A DNA stretch of 64,000 bases, taken from Squalus acanthias (Eukaryota). The stretch spans positions 186,001 through 250,000 of the forward strand of contig JASTWF010000336.1 in the NCBI GenBank assembly GCA_030390025.1, written 5' to 3'. The translations under genes were made by a program, and so were the position numbers. Shown here in pieces: positions 1 through 10,105 of the stretch. The stretch's first letter is position 1. Every line of letters begins with the position of its first letter. Below the pieces are notes generated by a model. The model worked only from the letters and a program-made list of their open reading frames with translations. It did not search any database and was not told the origin of the DNA.

Positions 1-177
1 GTAGTTTCCTTTATTTAAATTCAGGACCCTAGTCTCTGATTCAACTACTTCACTCTCCATCCTAATGAAGAATTCTATCATATTATGATCACTCTGACCC
101 AAGGGGCCTCGTACAACAAGATTGCTAATTAATCCTTTCTCGTTGCATAATACCCAGTCTAAGATGGCCTGATCTCT
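1..177 (-). mobile_element. CR1 LINE ORF2 fragment (runs off the window start)
   Basis: Near-identical to 4952-5128 inside the CR1 ORF2 further downstream. Confidence 0.85.
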
Positions 178-525
178 GGACAGTTGTGTGTAGAATATAA
201 AGATAAAGTTATAATTAACGTATTTGTTTTCAATAAAGTAAAGTATCTAGAGAGAGGAAACCGCGATACAAACAGGGTTATTGTCTGACCTCACTGCAGT
301 ACAGCGGCACTCAGATTCTCCACACCAGGTGTGTAGGACGGTTCTATAGTAAGTTATCAGCTTCCAGACACAACCCAAATCCAGCACTGGACCATGAATG
401 AGACCACCCAATTGGCACAGTCCAGATTTATATCTCCCATTCCCATTGGACTACCTATGAAGTTCTGGATGGCTTCCTGGAATATAACCACAGGTACCTG
501 GGCTGCACAAGCAATTGTTTTCAGT

Positions 526-1196
526 CTAAGGACAGAAAACAGCAAGTTGTGGTAAATGGCTGTTTTTCACACTGGAGGATGGCAGACAGTAGTGTTCCCC
601 AAGGGTCAGTGCTGGGGCCACTGCATTTTTAATAGATATAAATGACCTGGATATTGGACTACAAAGTAGAATTTCTAAATTTGCAGATGACACCAAACCT
701 GGGGGTGTCGCAGACAGTGAGGTTGATACCAAGCGACTGCAACAGGACATAGAAGGGCTAGCAGAATGGGCAGTCAAGTGGCAGATGCAATTTAATACAG
801 AGAAGTGTGAGGTGATGCATTTTGGATGAAGGAACAGGGAGAGGCAATATCCACTTAATGGCACAGTTTTAAACAGTGTGCAGGGACAGAGGGACCTGGG
901 AGTTACTGTGCATAGGTCCCTGAGGATGGCATGACATATTGAGAGAGTGGTTAGCAAAGCATATGGGATCTTGGATTTCATAAATAGAGGTATTGAGTAC
1001 AAAAGTAGAGAAGTTATGCTGAATATTTATAAAGCGCTGGTTAGGCCACAACTGGAGTATTGCGTCCAGTTCTGCTCACCACACTTTAGGAAGGATGTGA
1101 AGACCCTTGAGAGAGTGCAGAGAAGATTTACCAGAATGGTTATGGGGATGGGGGATCTTCGCTACAAGGACAGGTTGGAGAAGCTGGATTTGTTTT
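526..1196 (+). mobile_element. Decayed CR1 LINE fragment, RT C-terminal region
   Basis: Translates to QGSVLGP, INDLD, FADDTK and YKALVRPQLEYCVQF motifs, with stops and frameshifts. Confidence 0.85.
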
Positions 1197-1887
1197 CTGA
1201 TGTATCTGAGGGAGCGACAATGTATCTCCCGATCACCAGGAACACGGCTCTGGAGAACTCAACACACCGAAACAAAATAACCCATTTTTGAGTGTCTTCT
1301 TTCACATTTCTCACCTGGTGCCTGCAATAGATGCACTTTGTGAAACTCCTCACAACCTCAGTGTCAGGCTGTGTTTCCACTGTTCACTGTCCATGAACAA
1401 CAGACACGGTGAGATTGGAACTGAATCAGGAACATTCACTACTGATTCGGGGGAAGAAATCAGCAATGATTTGAAAGAGCGAGGTGATTTACTTTTTCTA
1501 TTACCTTACACTGTCCACACACAGCCCGAGAATGGCCTCTCCCTTCCCCCACTCACTCCATGTCCCGGAACTAGTTCCTGTTCCACTCTGCCTCTAACAA
1601 ACAGCCCCGACTCAAAGCCCATCTGCGGACACAGTCCCAGTGCGATGTGCTGCTGTGAGGACGCTGCTGTTTGCTCCCTTACTCGGGCCCGTGATATCTC
1701 CGCTCCCTGATGTGTTCAACCATCATCAGCCGAGCACAGAGGAAACGGCCCCCGCTGGCAGAGCTGGGGGAGGGGAGTTCGCAGGGGCCCTTCCCGTCGG
1801 TTCAAACACTGTGCGGGGAGAGGGGGAGGAGCAGGCAAGTGTTTATCACGCATGCTCAGACCTCTTCCGGACACCAATTAAATAAAG

Positions 1888-2008
1888 CAACAACAACAAG
1901 AACTTGAATTTATATAGCGCCTTTAAGGGAATCAATCGTCCCAATGAGCTTGACAGGAGCGTTATCAAAGAAACATTGACACCGAGACAGATAAGGAGAT
2001 ATTAGGAG
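1888..2008 (-). mobile_element. Probable L2-type LINE/SINE 3' end fragment
   Basis: (CAA)n followed by TTTATATAGCGCCTTTAA, resembling the reverse complement of L2-type 3' tails; recognised from memory only. Confidence 0.45.
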
Positions 2009-2050
2009 AGGAGAAAGCCACTCTGGACGCACGTCAGTTGCTGCCAGTGA

Positions 2051-2584
2051 AATATTTTTATTCAAATACAATAATACCTGTGCAACTCATCAATTACATA
2101 GTAAATCCATTACATAGTAAATCCATTACAATCATCCATCACAGTAAAAAAATAAAGCCTTAAAAACAACCTTATAATTAATATAAATACAATGATTACT
2201 TTTACAAATAATCAATAATGTTTACAGTACAAATACCCTTAAGCAATTCCACACAACTTTTTAGATTTAAAATAATAAATCTCAAAGTTAACTCCACATA
2301 AAACAAACCATTTCAACACCAGTGTACAAACACATAGCACCATCATAATCCAATTAAATGCTACAGATAACATTTATTCCAATAAACCAAGAAAACCTGT
2401 TTTACGCCAGTCCTACTGGCATTGTTCATTCGATCATTCGATCATTCATTCAATTGTTCGTTCGTTCATTCAAGCGTTCGTTCTTTCGTTCGATCGAGTG
2501 TAAGTTGCAATATGTATGTCTGAATGCGTGCGTGCGTATCAGTTGTCTAAGTGCGCGCCTGCGTGCGTTCGCTCGAATCGTTCG
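2051..2584 (-). mobile_element. 5'-truncated non-LTR retroelement 3' fragment ('family X') with 16-bp TSD
   Basis: Direct repeat CAGTTGCTGCCAGTGA at 2035-2050 and 2585-2600; minus strand ends in TTGAATAAAAATATT; homologous to the array tail 17351-17641. Confidence 0.8.
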
Positions 2585-2846
2585 CAGTTGCTGCCAGTGA
2601 GTGTTAGAACGACGCGAATCCTGTCCCTGAGAGCGATTTGTTTCCCCAATACTGTATGGAAGGATGGAGAGGAACAGGCTTTTTGAATCTCTGACACGGA
2701 AGTGCTGGTGAGTGGAGAGTTTAATCAGTCTCTGCCTCTCCCCGCTGGGTGAAACATAGAAACATAGAAGATAGGAGCAGGAGTAGGCCATTCGGCCCCT
2801 CGAGCCTGCTCCACCATTCAATGAGATCATGACTGATCATCCAAAT

Positions 2847-5707
2847 TCAGTACCCTGTCCCTGCCTTTTCCCCATTTCCCTTGATCCCTTTAGCTTTAAG
2901 AAATATATCTAACTCCTTCTTGAATATATTTAATGAATTGGCCTCCACTGCCTTCTGTGGTGGAGAATTCCACAGGTTCACCACTCTCTGGGTGAAGAAA
3001 TTCCTCCTCATCTCTGTCCTAAATGGCTTACCCCTTATCTTTAGACTGTGACCCCTGGTTCTGGACTCCCCGACCATCAGGAACATCCTTCCTGCATCTA
3101 GTCTGTCTAGTCCTGTTAGAATTTTATAAGTTTTAATGAGATCCCCTCTCATTCTTCTAAACTCCAGCGAGTATAAGCCCAATCGACCCAATCTCTCCTC
3201 ATACGTCATTTCTGCCATCCCAGGTATCAGCCTGGTGAATCTTCGCTGCACTCACTCCATGGCAAGAACATCCTTCCTCAGATAAGGCGACCAAAACTGC
3301 ACACAATACTCAAGGTGTGGTCTCACCAAGGCCCTGTACAACTGCAGCAAGACATCCTTGTTCCTGTATTCGAACCCTCTCGCTACGAAGGCCAACATAC
3401 CATTTGCCTTCTTAACCGCCTGCTGCACCTGCATGCTTACCTTCAGCAACTGGTGCACAAGGACACCCAGGTCTCGTTGCACTTCCCCTTCTCCCAATCT
3501 ATTGCCATTCAGATAATAATCTGCCTTCCCGTTTTTGACACCAAAGTGGATAACCTCGCATCTATCCACATTATAATGCATCTGCCATGATTCTGCCCAA
3601 TCACCCAACCTGTCCAAATCATACTGGAGTTTTTTGGCATCCTCCTCACAGCACACACGCCCACCCAGCTTTGTGTCATCCGCAAACTTGGAGATATTAC
3701 ATCTCGTTCCCTCGTCTAGATCATTAATATATATTGTGAATAGCTGGGGTCCTAGGACCGATCCTGCGGAACCCCACTAGTCACTGCCTGCCACTCGGAA
3801 AAAGACCCGTTTATTCCAACTCTTTGCCTTCTGTCTGCCAACCAGTTCTCTATCCAAGTCAATACCTTGCCCCCAATCCCATGTGCCTTAACTTTACACG
3901 CTAATCTCTTATGCGGGACCTTATCGAAAGCCTTCTGAAAGTCCAAATACACCAGATCCACTGGTTCTCCCTTATCTATTTTACCAGTTACATCTTCAAA
4001 AAATTCCAGTAGATTAGTCAAGCATGATTTACCTTTTGTAAATCCATGTTGACTTTGTCCGATCCTGTCACTGTTTTCCAAGTGCTCTGCTATTACATCT
4101 TTTATAATGTACTCCAGCATTTTCCCCACTACTGATGTCAGGCTTATCGGTCTATAATTCCCCATTTTCTCTCTACCACCTTTTTTGAATAGTGGGATAA
4201 CATTAGCTACCCTCCAATCCATGGGTACTGTTCCAGAATCGATTGAATTTTGGTAGATGACCAGCAATGCATCTATTATTTCTAGGGCCACTTCCTTAAG
4301 TACCCTAGGATGTAGATTATCAGGCCCTGGGGATTTATCAGCCTTCAATCCTGTCAATTTCGCTAACACCATTTCCCTACAAATACTGATTTCGATCAGT
4401 TCCTCCCTCTCATTAGACCCTATGTTCCCCGACATCTCTGGGAGGTTATTTATGTCCTCCTTTGTGAAGACAGAACCAAAGTATGTATTTAATTGGGCTG
4501 CCATTTCTTTGTTCCCCATTATAAATTCACCTGATTCTGACTGCAAGGGACCTACATTTGACTTCACCAATCTTTTTATCTTCACATATCTATAAAAGCT
4601 TTTACAGTCAGTTTTTATGTTCCCTGCAAGTTTACTCTCATACTCTATTTTCCCCCTCTTAATTAATCCCTTTGTCCTCCTTTGCTGAATCCTAAACTGC
4701 TCCCAATCCTCAGGTTTACTGCTTTTTCTGGCCAATTTATATGTCCTCTCCTTGGATCTTATGCTATTCCAAATTTCCCTTGTTAGCCACGGTTGAGTCA
4801 CCTTTTTTGTTTTATTTTTATGCCAAACTGGGATGAACAAATTCTGCAGTTCATCCATGCGATCTTTGAATGTTTGCCATTGCCTATCCACCGTCAGCCC
4901 TTTCAGTAACATTCCCCAATCAATCCTACTCAACTCGCGCCTCATACCATCGTAGTTTCCTTTATTTAAATTCAGGACCCTAGTCTCCGAGTCAACTACT
5001 TCACTCTCCATTTTAATGAAGAATTCTATCATATTATGATTGCTCCGACCCAAGGGGCCTCGCACAACAAGATTGCTAATTAATCCTTTCTCATTACATA
5101 ATACGCAGTCTAAGATGGCCTGATCTCTAGTTGGTTCCTCGACATATTGGTCCAGGAAACCATCCCGTATACACTCCAGGAATTCCTCCTCCACAGTACA
5201 GTTACTAATTTGGTTAGCCCAATCTATATGTAAATTAAAGTCACCCATGATAACTGCTGTGCCATTATTGCACGCTTCTCTAATTTCCCTTTTAATGCCA
5301 TCCCCAACATCCGCATTACTGTTTGGGGGTCTGTATACCACTCCCACTAACGTTTTCTGCCCCATGGTATTTCTCAGTTCTACCCATACAGATTCCACAT
5401 CATCAGAGCTAATAGCCTTCCTTACAATTGTGTGAATCCCCTCTTTAACCAGCAATGCTACCCCACCTCCTTTTCCTTTTTGCCTATCTTTCCTGAATAT
5501 TGAATACCCCTGGATGTTGAGTTTCCAGCCTTGGTCACCCTGCAGCCATGTTTCCGTAATCCCAATCATATCATATTCGTTTACCTCTATTTGCGCAGCT
5601 AATTCATCCACCTTATTACGAATGCTCCTCGCATAAAGACACAAAGCCTTCAGGCTTGTTTTTTTAATGCTCTTAGACCTTTTCGAATTATTATTTACTG
5701 TGGCCAT
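2847..5707 (-). pseudogene. CR1 ORF2 (APE endonuclease + reverse transcriptase), disrupted
   Basis: GITETW, VYRPP, GDFN, YRPISLTS, LDFQKAFDKV motifs; frameshift near 3755 and in-frame stop at 3252-3254. Confidence 0.9.
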
Positions 5708-5829
5708 GTATGATTTAAACCCTTGATTTCTCTGACTGCCACCTTTGTTTTTCTCCTTCCTATCTTTTGCTTCTATCCTTGTTTCCCTTTTCTCTGTCTC
5801 CCTGCTCAGGTTCCCAACCCCCTGCTATT

Positions 5830-6048
5830 TTAATTTAAATCCTCCCCCAGAGCACTAGCAAACACTCCACCTAGGACATCGGTCCCGGTCCTGCTCAGGT
5901 GCAAACTGTCCGGTTTGTACTGGTCCCACCTCCCCCAGAACCGGTTCCAATGTCCCAGGAATTTGAATCCCTCCTCCTTGCACCATTCCTCTAGCCACGT
6001 ATTCATCTGAAATATCCTTGATATGAGTAGGCGACAGATACCAGACAA
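5830..6048 (-). pseudogene. CR1 ORF1 C-terminal SGNH/esterase-like fragment
   Basis: QMNTWLEEWCKEEGFKFLGHW...PDSLHLSRTG resembles the DGLHL block of CR1 ORF1 esterase; lies directly upstream of ORF2. Confidence 0.75.
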
Positions 6049-7199
6049 GTTCCCGGGCCTGTGCGACTGTCACCCCCTGTGTCTGTCTCTGTGCCTTGTG
6101 TACAGGATCAATCCTCAGTCCCTCTATCCCCCAGCCCTGCCTGTTATATCTGGATAGATGCTCAACCTCTCAGTTTTCGGTCTATTGAGACCGAGTTCAG
6201 GGCATGTGTGGTGAACACAATGTCTCACTATTTCTGTGAATAATAGTATAATCTAAAAGCAGGCTAGGATCAACACAGCCAAACTGTGACACATTCCTGC
6301 CCCTAAATCTCGGCAACAGAGAGTGCGTGGACCGCCTGGCTCAGAGTACGAAGTTTAAGACTGATATTCTCTCTCTGTCTGTCTGTCTCTCTCTCAGGTT
6401 GCTGTCTCTGGGTGTTGAGAATGGAATGCACAGGACACCAGTTGCTCTGTTCTGTTCCTCAGTTTCGGAGGAGAGAGAGACAGAGAGAGGCTAGAGGGGC
6501 GGTGAGCTCATCATTTCTATTTTCATATAAATCAAACCTATTTCTGCCTGCGAACAATATAATAACTTGAAAGCAGATATGGGTGAACACAGCCAGAGCT
6601 GTGATTGGCTCCTGTCCCTGAATCTGGGGATCAGACACTGTGAGGAGCGCCGACCTCAGAGTGTTTAACACTGACTGAGCTGGGAAACTCCAACTAACCC
6701 CGAGAATCGGCAGCACAGGCCGAGCGGAGAGGAAAACCTGTCCCGGGAACTGTAAATCTGGGAGCAGATTGTGCTGTGAATGAGCAGAGTGAGCATTGTG
6801 TCAGCGAGAGTGTGTTAAAGGAGCGGGCGGGTTAGACTAATGTCACTGTGTTTGTGTGTCCGCTCTCATCGCCGGATTTCACAGACCCTCTTGTGTAAAA
6901 TTCAAAGATTTCACTGTCATAGGATCGCCCTGCCCCCCTGCTCAGCCCCGAAGTGCGAATTAAACGTGAAGTTTTATTTGATTTCAAAGTTTAGCCGAAA
7001 AACAGCGAATATTTCCGCGATCGGGTGAGAGTGTGCGATCAGTGCAGCAATGAAACGGCTTCAAATCGAAATTGCTGCCTTGAATTCTGATGAAACTTTC
7101 TCGACAGCAAACATCCCGGTCTTCGAGACAGAAAGAGGCCAGTCTGGGAATCTGGAGTGCCCGAGTTTAATTGGAATCGGAGAGTTAATGAGGAGAGAG

Positions 7200-7272
7200 A
7201 AACACAGAGAGGCTGGAGGGGCCGGGAGCTGACAGCAGGATGTCTCCGCCCCGTCCGCTCGCTGCCTTTAAG
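7200..7272 (+). promoter_or_regulatory. Histone H1 promoter
   Basis: H1 box AAACACA 7200-7206, GC box CCGCCC 7246-7251, TATA-like TTTAAG 7267-7272 upstream of ATG 7351. Confidence 0.65.
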
Positions 7273-7772
7273 TTGCTCTGTGTCGCCGCCTCTCGTTTCA
7301 TTTCTGACCCAGCTCTGACTGTCAGAGAGATTTTCTACAGAGTCGCGGACATGACTGAAACTGCAGCCGCCGAAACGGCTCCTCCTGCCGCCGTCGCTCA
7401 AACCAAGTCTCCCAGCAAGAAGAAGAAGGTGGCTCCCCGCTCCAAGGCAGCCGGTCCCACGTTGGGCGAGCAGATCCTCAAGGTTGTGGCGGGTGGCAGC
7501 GGTCGCAAGGGGATGTCGCTGGCCGCAATAAAGAAGGCTCTGGCTGCCAACGGCGTCGATGTGCAGAAGCACCGGTCCCAGGTCAATTTAAGTATCAAGA
7601 GGAAAGTGTTAAACGGCTCCCTGGAGCAGACCAAGGGCACGGGCGCCGCGGGCTCCTTCAGGCTCGCTAAGAAGGAATCCCAATCGAAAGAGGGAAAGAA
7701 GGTGAGGAAATAACAACAGAAAACGCTGGAAAAACTCAGCAGGCCAGGCAGCATCCGTGGAGAGAGAAAGAG

Positions 7773-7809
7773 AGTTAACGTTTCAGGTCGATGACCTTTC
7801 ATCAGAACT
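7773..7809 (-). ncRNA. Minimal type I hammerhead ribozyme of the Penelope 3' region
   Basis: Minus strand AGTT-CTGATGA-A-AGGTC atc GACCT-GAAA-CGTT-AACT: both core boxes, stem II hairpin, palindromic AACGTT stem III, AGTT/AACT stem I. Confidence 0.8.
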
Positions 7810-7935
7810 GGGAAGAGCCGGAAATCAAATAGATTTAAGGCCAGGGTAAAGCTGGGAAAAGGGGGAGGGGATAAAGGAACAAAGGTGGAGATGAAGAGAC
7901 ATGCAAGGCTAGAGGTGGTGTTAATGTGACAGATT

Positions 7936-8365
7936 AACATAGAAACATCGAATCTAGGAGCAGGAGTGGGCCATTCGGCCCATTGAGCCTGCACCACCAT
8001 TCAATACGATCATGGCTGATCATTCAAATCCAGTACCCTGTCCCTGGTTTAATCCTCACAGTACACATATCCCACCCGACCCCCGTAACCCCACGTATTT
8101 AATTCCCCCTAACATATCCCATCCTATCCCCATAACCCCACATATTTAATCCCCCCCTAACACTAAGGGTCAATTTATCATAGCCAAATCAACCTAACCC
8201 GCACATTTTTGGACAGTGGGAGGAAACCGGAGCACCCGGAGAAAACCCACGCAGACACGGGGAGAATGTGCAAACTCCACACAGACAGTCACCCGAGGTC
8301 AGATTCGAACCCGGGTCTCTGGCGCTGTGAGGCACCAGTGCTAACCACTATGCCACCGTGTTGCC
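7936..8365 (-). mobile_element. tRNA-derived V-SINE (HE1-like) nested in the Penelope 3' region
   Basis: A box TGGCATAGTGG and B box GGTTCGAATC on the minus strand, V-domain, tail 7936-8045 matching the CR1 3' end at 2754-2862. Confidence 0.85.
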
Positions 8366-8497
8366 TAAGGCTGAATGAAGTGTGAAATCCACTGGCAGAA
8401 TGAAGGACAGCTGCCAGCTTCTAGGAGGAAAAAAAAGGTGGGGGGGGACAAATAAAAGGGTGGATAAAATAAAATATAAATGTGATTGGAGCTGAGG

Positions 8498-9384
8498 TTA
8501 TGATCTAAAATTGTTGAACTCGATATTGAGTCCAGAGGGCTGTAGCGTGCCTAAACGAAAGATGAGGTGCTGTTCCTCGAGCTTACGCTGAGCTTCCGTG
8601 GAACAGTGTAATAGGCCGAGGACGGTGAGGTCAGAGTGGGAGTGAAGCGGTGAATTAAAGTGACAGGCCACCGGGAGCTTGGGGTCCCCCTTACGGACTG
8701 AACGGAGGTGTTCCGCAAAGCGGTCACCCAATCTGCGTTTGGTCTCCCCAATGTAGAGGAGTCCACATCGTGAGCAGCGAATACAGTATACTAAATTGCA
8801 GGAATTACAAGTAAATCGCTGTTTCACCTGGAAGGGGTGTTTGGGGCCCTGGACAGTGGGAAGAGGGGAGGTATAAGGGCATGTGTTGCATCTCCTGCGC
8901 GTGCACGGGAAGGTGCCGGGCGAAGGGGAAGGGGTGCTGGGGGTGGTAGAGGAGTGGACTAGGGTGTCGCGGAGGGAGCGGTCCCTACGGAATGCTGAAA
9001 GGGGAGGTGAGGGGAAGATGTGTTTGGTGGTGGGATCACGCTGGAGGTGGCGGAAATGGCGGAGGATGATCCATTGAATTTGGAGGCTGGTGGGGTGAAA
9101 GGTGAGGACAAGAGGAACCCTATCGTGGTTCCGGGAGGGAGGGGCAGGGGTGAGGGCAGATGTGCGGGAGATAGAACGGTCAAGGGCCGTGTCGACCACG
9201 GTAGAGGGGAATCCTCGGTTGAGGAAAAAGGAAGACATGTCGGAAGCACTGGTATGGAAGGTGGCATCATCAGAGCAGATGCGGCGGAGACGGAGAAACT
9301 GGGAGAATGGAATAGAGTCCTTACAGGAGGCGGGGTGGGAGGAAGTGTAGTCCAGGTAGCTGTGGGAGTCGGTGGGCTTGTAGT
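8498..9384 (-). CDS. Penelope ORF C-terminal part (RT thumb/linker + GIY-YIG endonuclease), 5'-truncated
   Basis: YKPTDSHSYL, CxxxxCxxC, LVYCIRCSRCGLLYIGETKRRLGDRFAEH, GLNIEF. Confidence 0.88.
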
Positions 9385-9759
9385 GAAAGAAGGTGAGGAA
9401 ACCGGCAGCCAAGAAATCTGCAGTAAAGAAACCGGCAGCCAAGAAATCTGCAGTAAAGAAACCAGCAGCCAAGAAATCTGCAGTAAAGAAACCAGTAGCC
9501 AAGAAATCTCCAGCCAAGAAAACGATCGCCAAGAAAACGATCACCAAGAAGGCACCAACATCAAAAAAGTCAGCGAAAGTGGCGGCTGGGAAGAAGGTTG
9601 CGGCGAAGAAGCCCAAGAGCCCCAAGAAGACCACAGGCGGAATGGTGAAGGTGGCCAAGAAGGTGGAAAAACCGAAGGCCAAGCCCAAATCAGCAAAGTC
9701 TCAGAAAGCAGCGACCAAAAGAAAGTAAAAAGGACAACTTGTAAACATCTGAACCCAAA

Positions 9760-9800
9760 GGCTCTTTTCAGAGCCACCCAAGTCTTTCCAAAAAGAGCTG
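9760..9800 (+). terminator. Histone 3' stem-loop and histone downstream element
   Basis: GGCTCTTTTCAGAGCC 9760-9775 followed by ACCCA, and AAAGAGCTG 9792-9800. Confidence 0.95.
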
Positions 9801-9943
9801 ATCGCGGAATCAAATGATCCATGTCCCGGGTCCGGGCTCAGACTCCCGATTGAAATCATTTCAAATGAACCCAGGCTCACAGACATTCGCTGTGCCCACT
9901 CCACTCCCAGTGTCTGCAATAAAACAAATGTGAGAAGTCGCAC

Positions 9944-10048
9944 AACACCAGGTTATAGTCCAACAGCTTTATTTGAAATCACAAGCTTTCGGAGCGCTGC
10001 TCCTTCGTCAGGATTTCAAATAAAGCTGTTGCACTACAACCTGGTGTT
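9944..10048. repeat. 37-bp inverted repeat enclosing a hammerhead core (Penelope-derived relic)
   Basis: Arms 9944-9980 and 10012-10048 with 2 mismatches; minus strand CTGACGA-A-GGAGC-A-GCGCTCC-GAAA-GCTT between them. Confidence 0.7.
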
Positions 10049-10105
10049 CCTCTTTTTGGTTGAACAGAACCCAAATTTACTGTAAATCAATTAAAACTTT
10101 ATAAA

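Larger units (their letters stand above)
2751..6050 (-). mobile_element. CR1 LINE, 5'-truncated within ORF1
   Basis: APE endonuclease and RT ORF2, esterase-like ORF1 end, 3' tail with (CTATGTTT)n on the minus strand. Confidence 0.92.
7711..9384 (-). mobile_element. 5'-truncated Penelope-like element
   Basis: GIY-YIG ORF end, hammerhead near the 3' end, TSD GAAAGAAGGTGAGGAAA at 7694-7710 and 9385-9401. Confidence 0.92.
7351..9728 (+). pseudogene. H1: Replication-dependent linker histone H1, split by a Penelope insertion (7351-7710 + 9402-9728 gives 228 aa)
   Basis: MTETAAAETAPPA N-terminus, globular domain (GMSLAAIKKAL, QTKGTGAAGSFRL), KKPAAKK tail; halves rejoin in frame across a 17-bp TSD. 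Confidence 0.95.

Noticed and set aside
178..525. AT-rich segment with AATAAA, possible LTR remnant
   Set aside because: No termini, TSD or second copy could be identified
7240..7350. N-terminal extension of H1 in the ORF track
   Set aside because: Non-canonical start lies within the promoter; the typical H1 start is ATG 7351
8290..8365. tRNA gene
   Set aside because: tRNA-like A/B boxes belong to the SINE head
9385..9688. N-terminal part of the 396-aa minus ORF
   Set aside because: It is the antisense of the H1 tail, accidentally in frame with the truncated Penelope ORF
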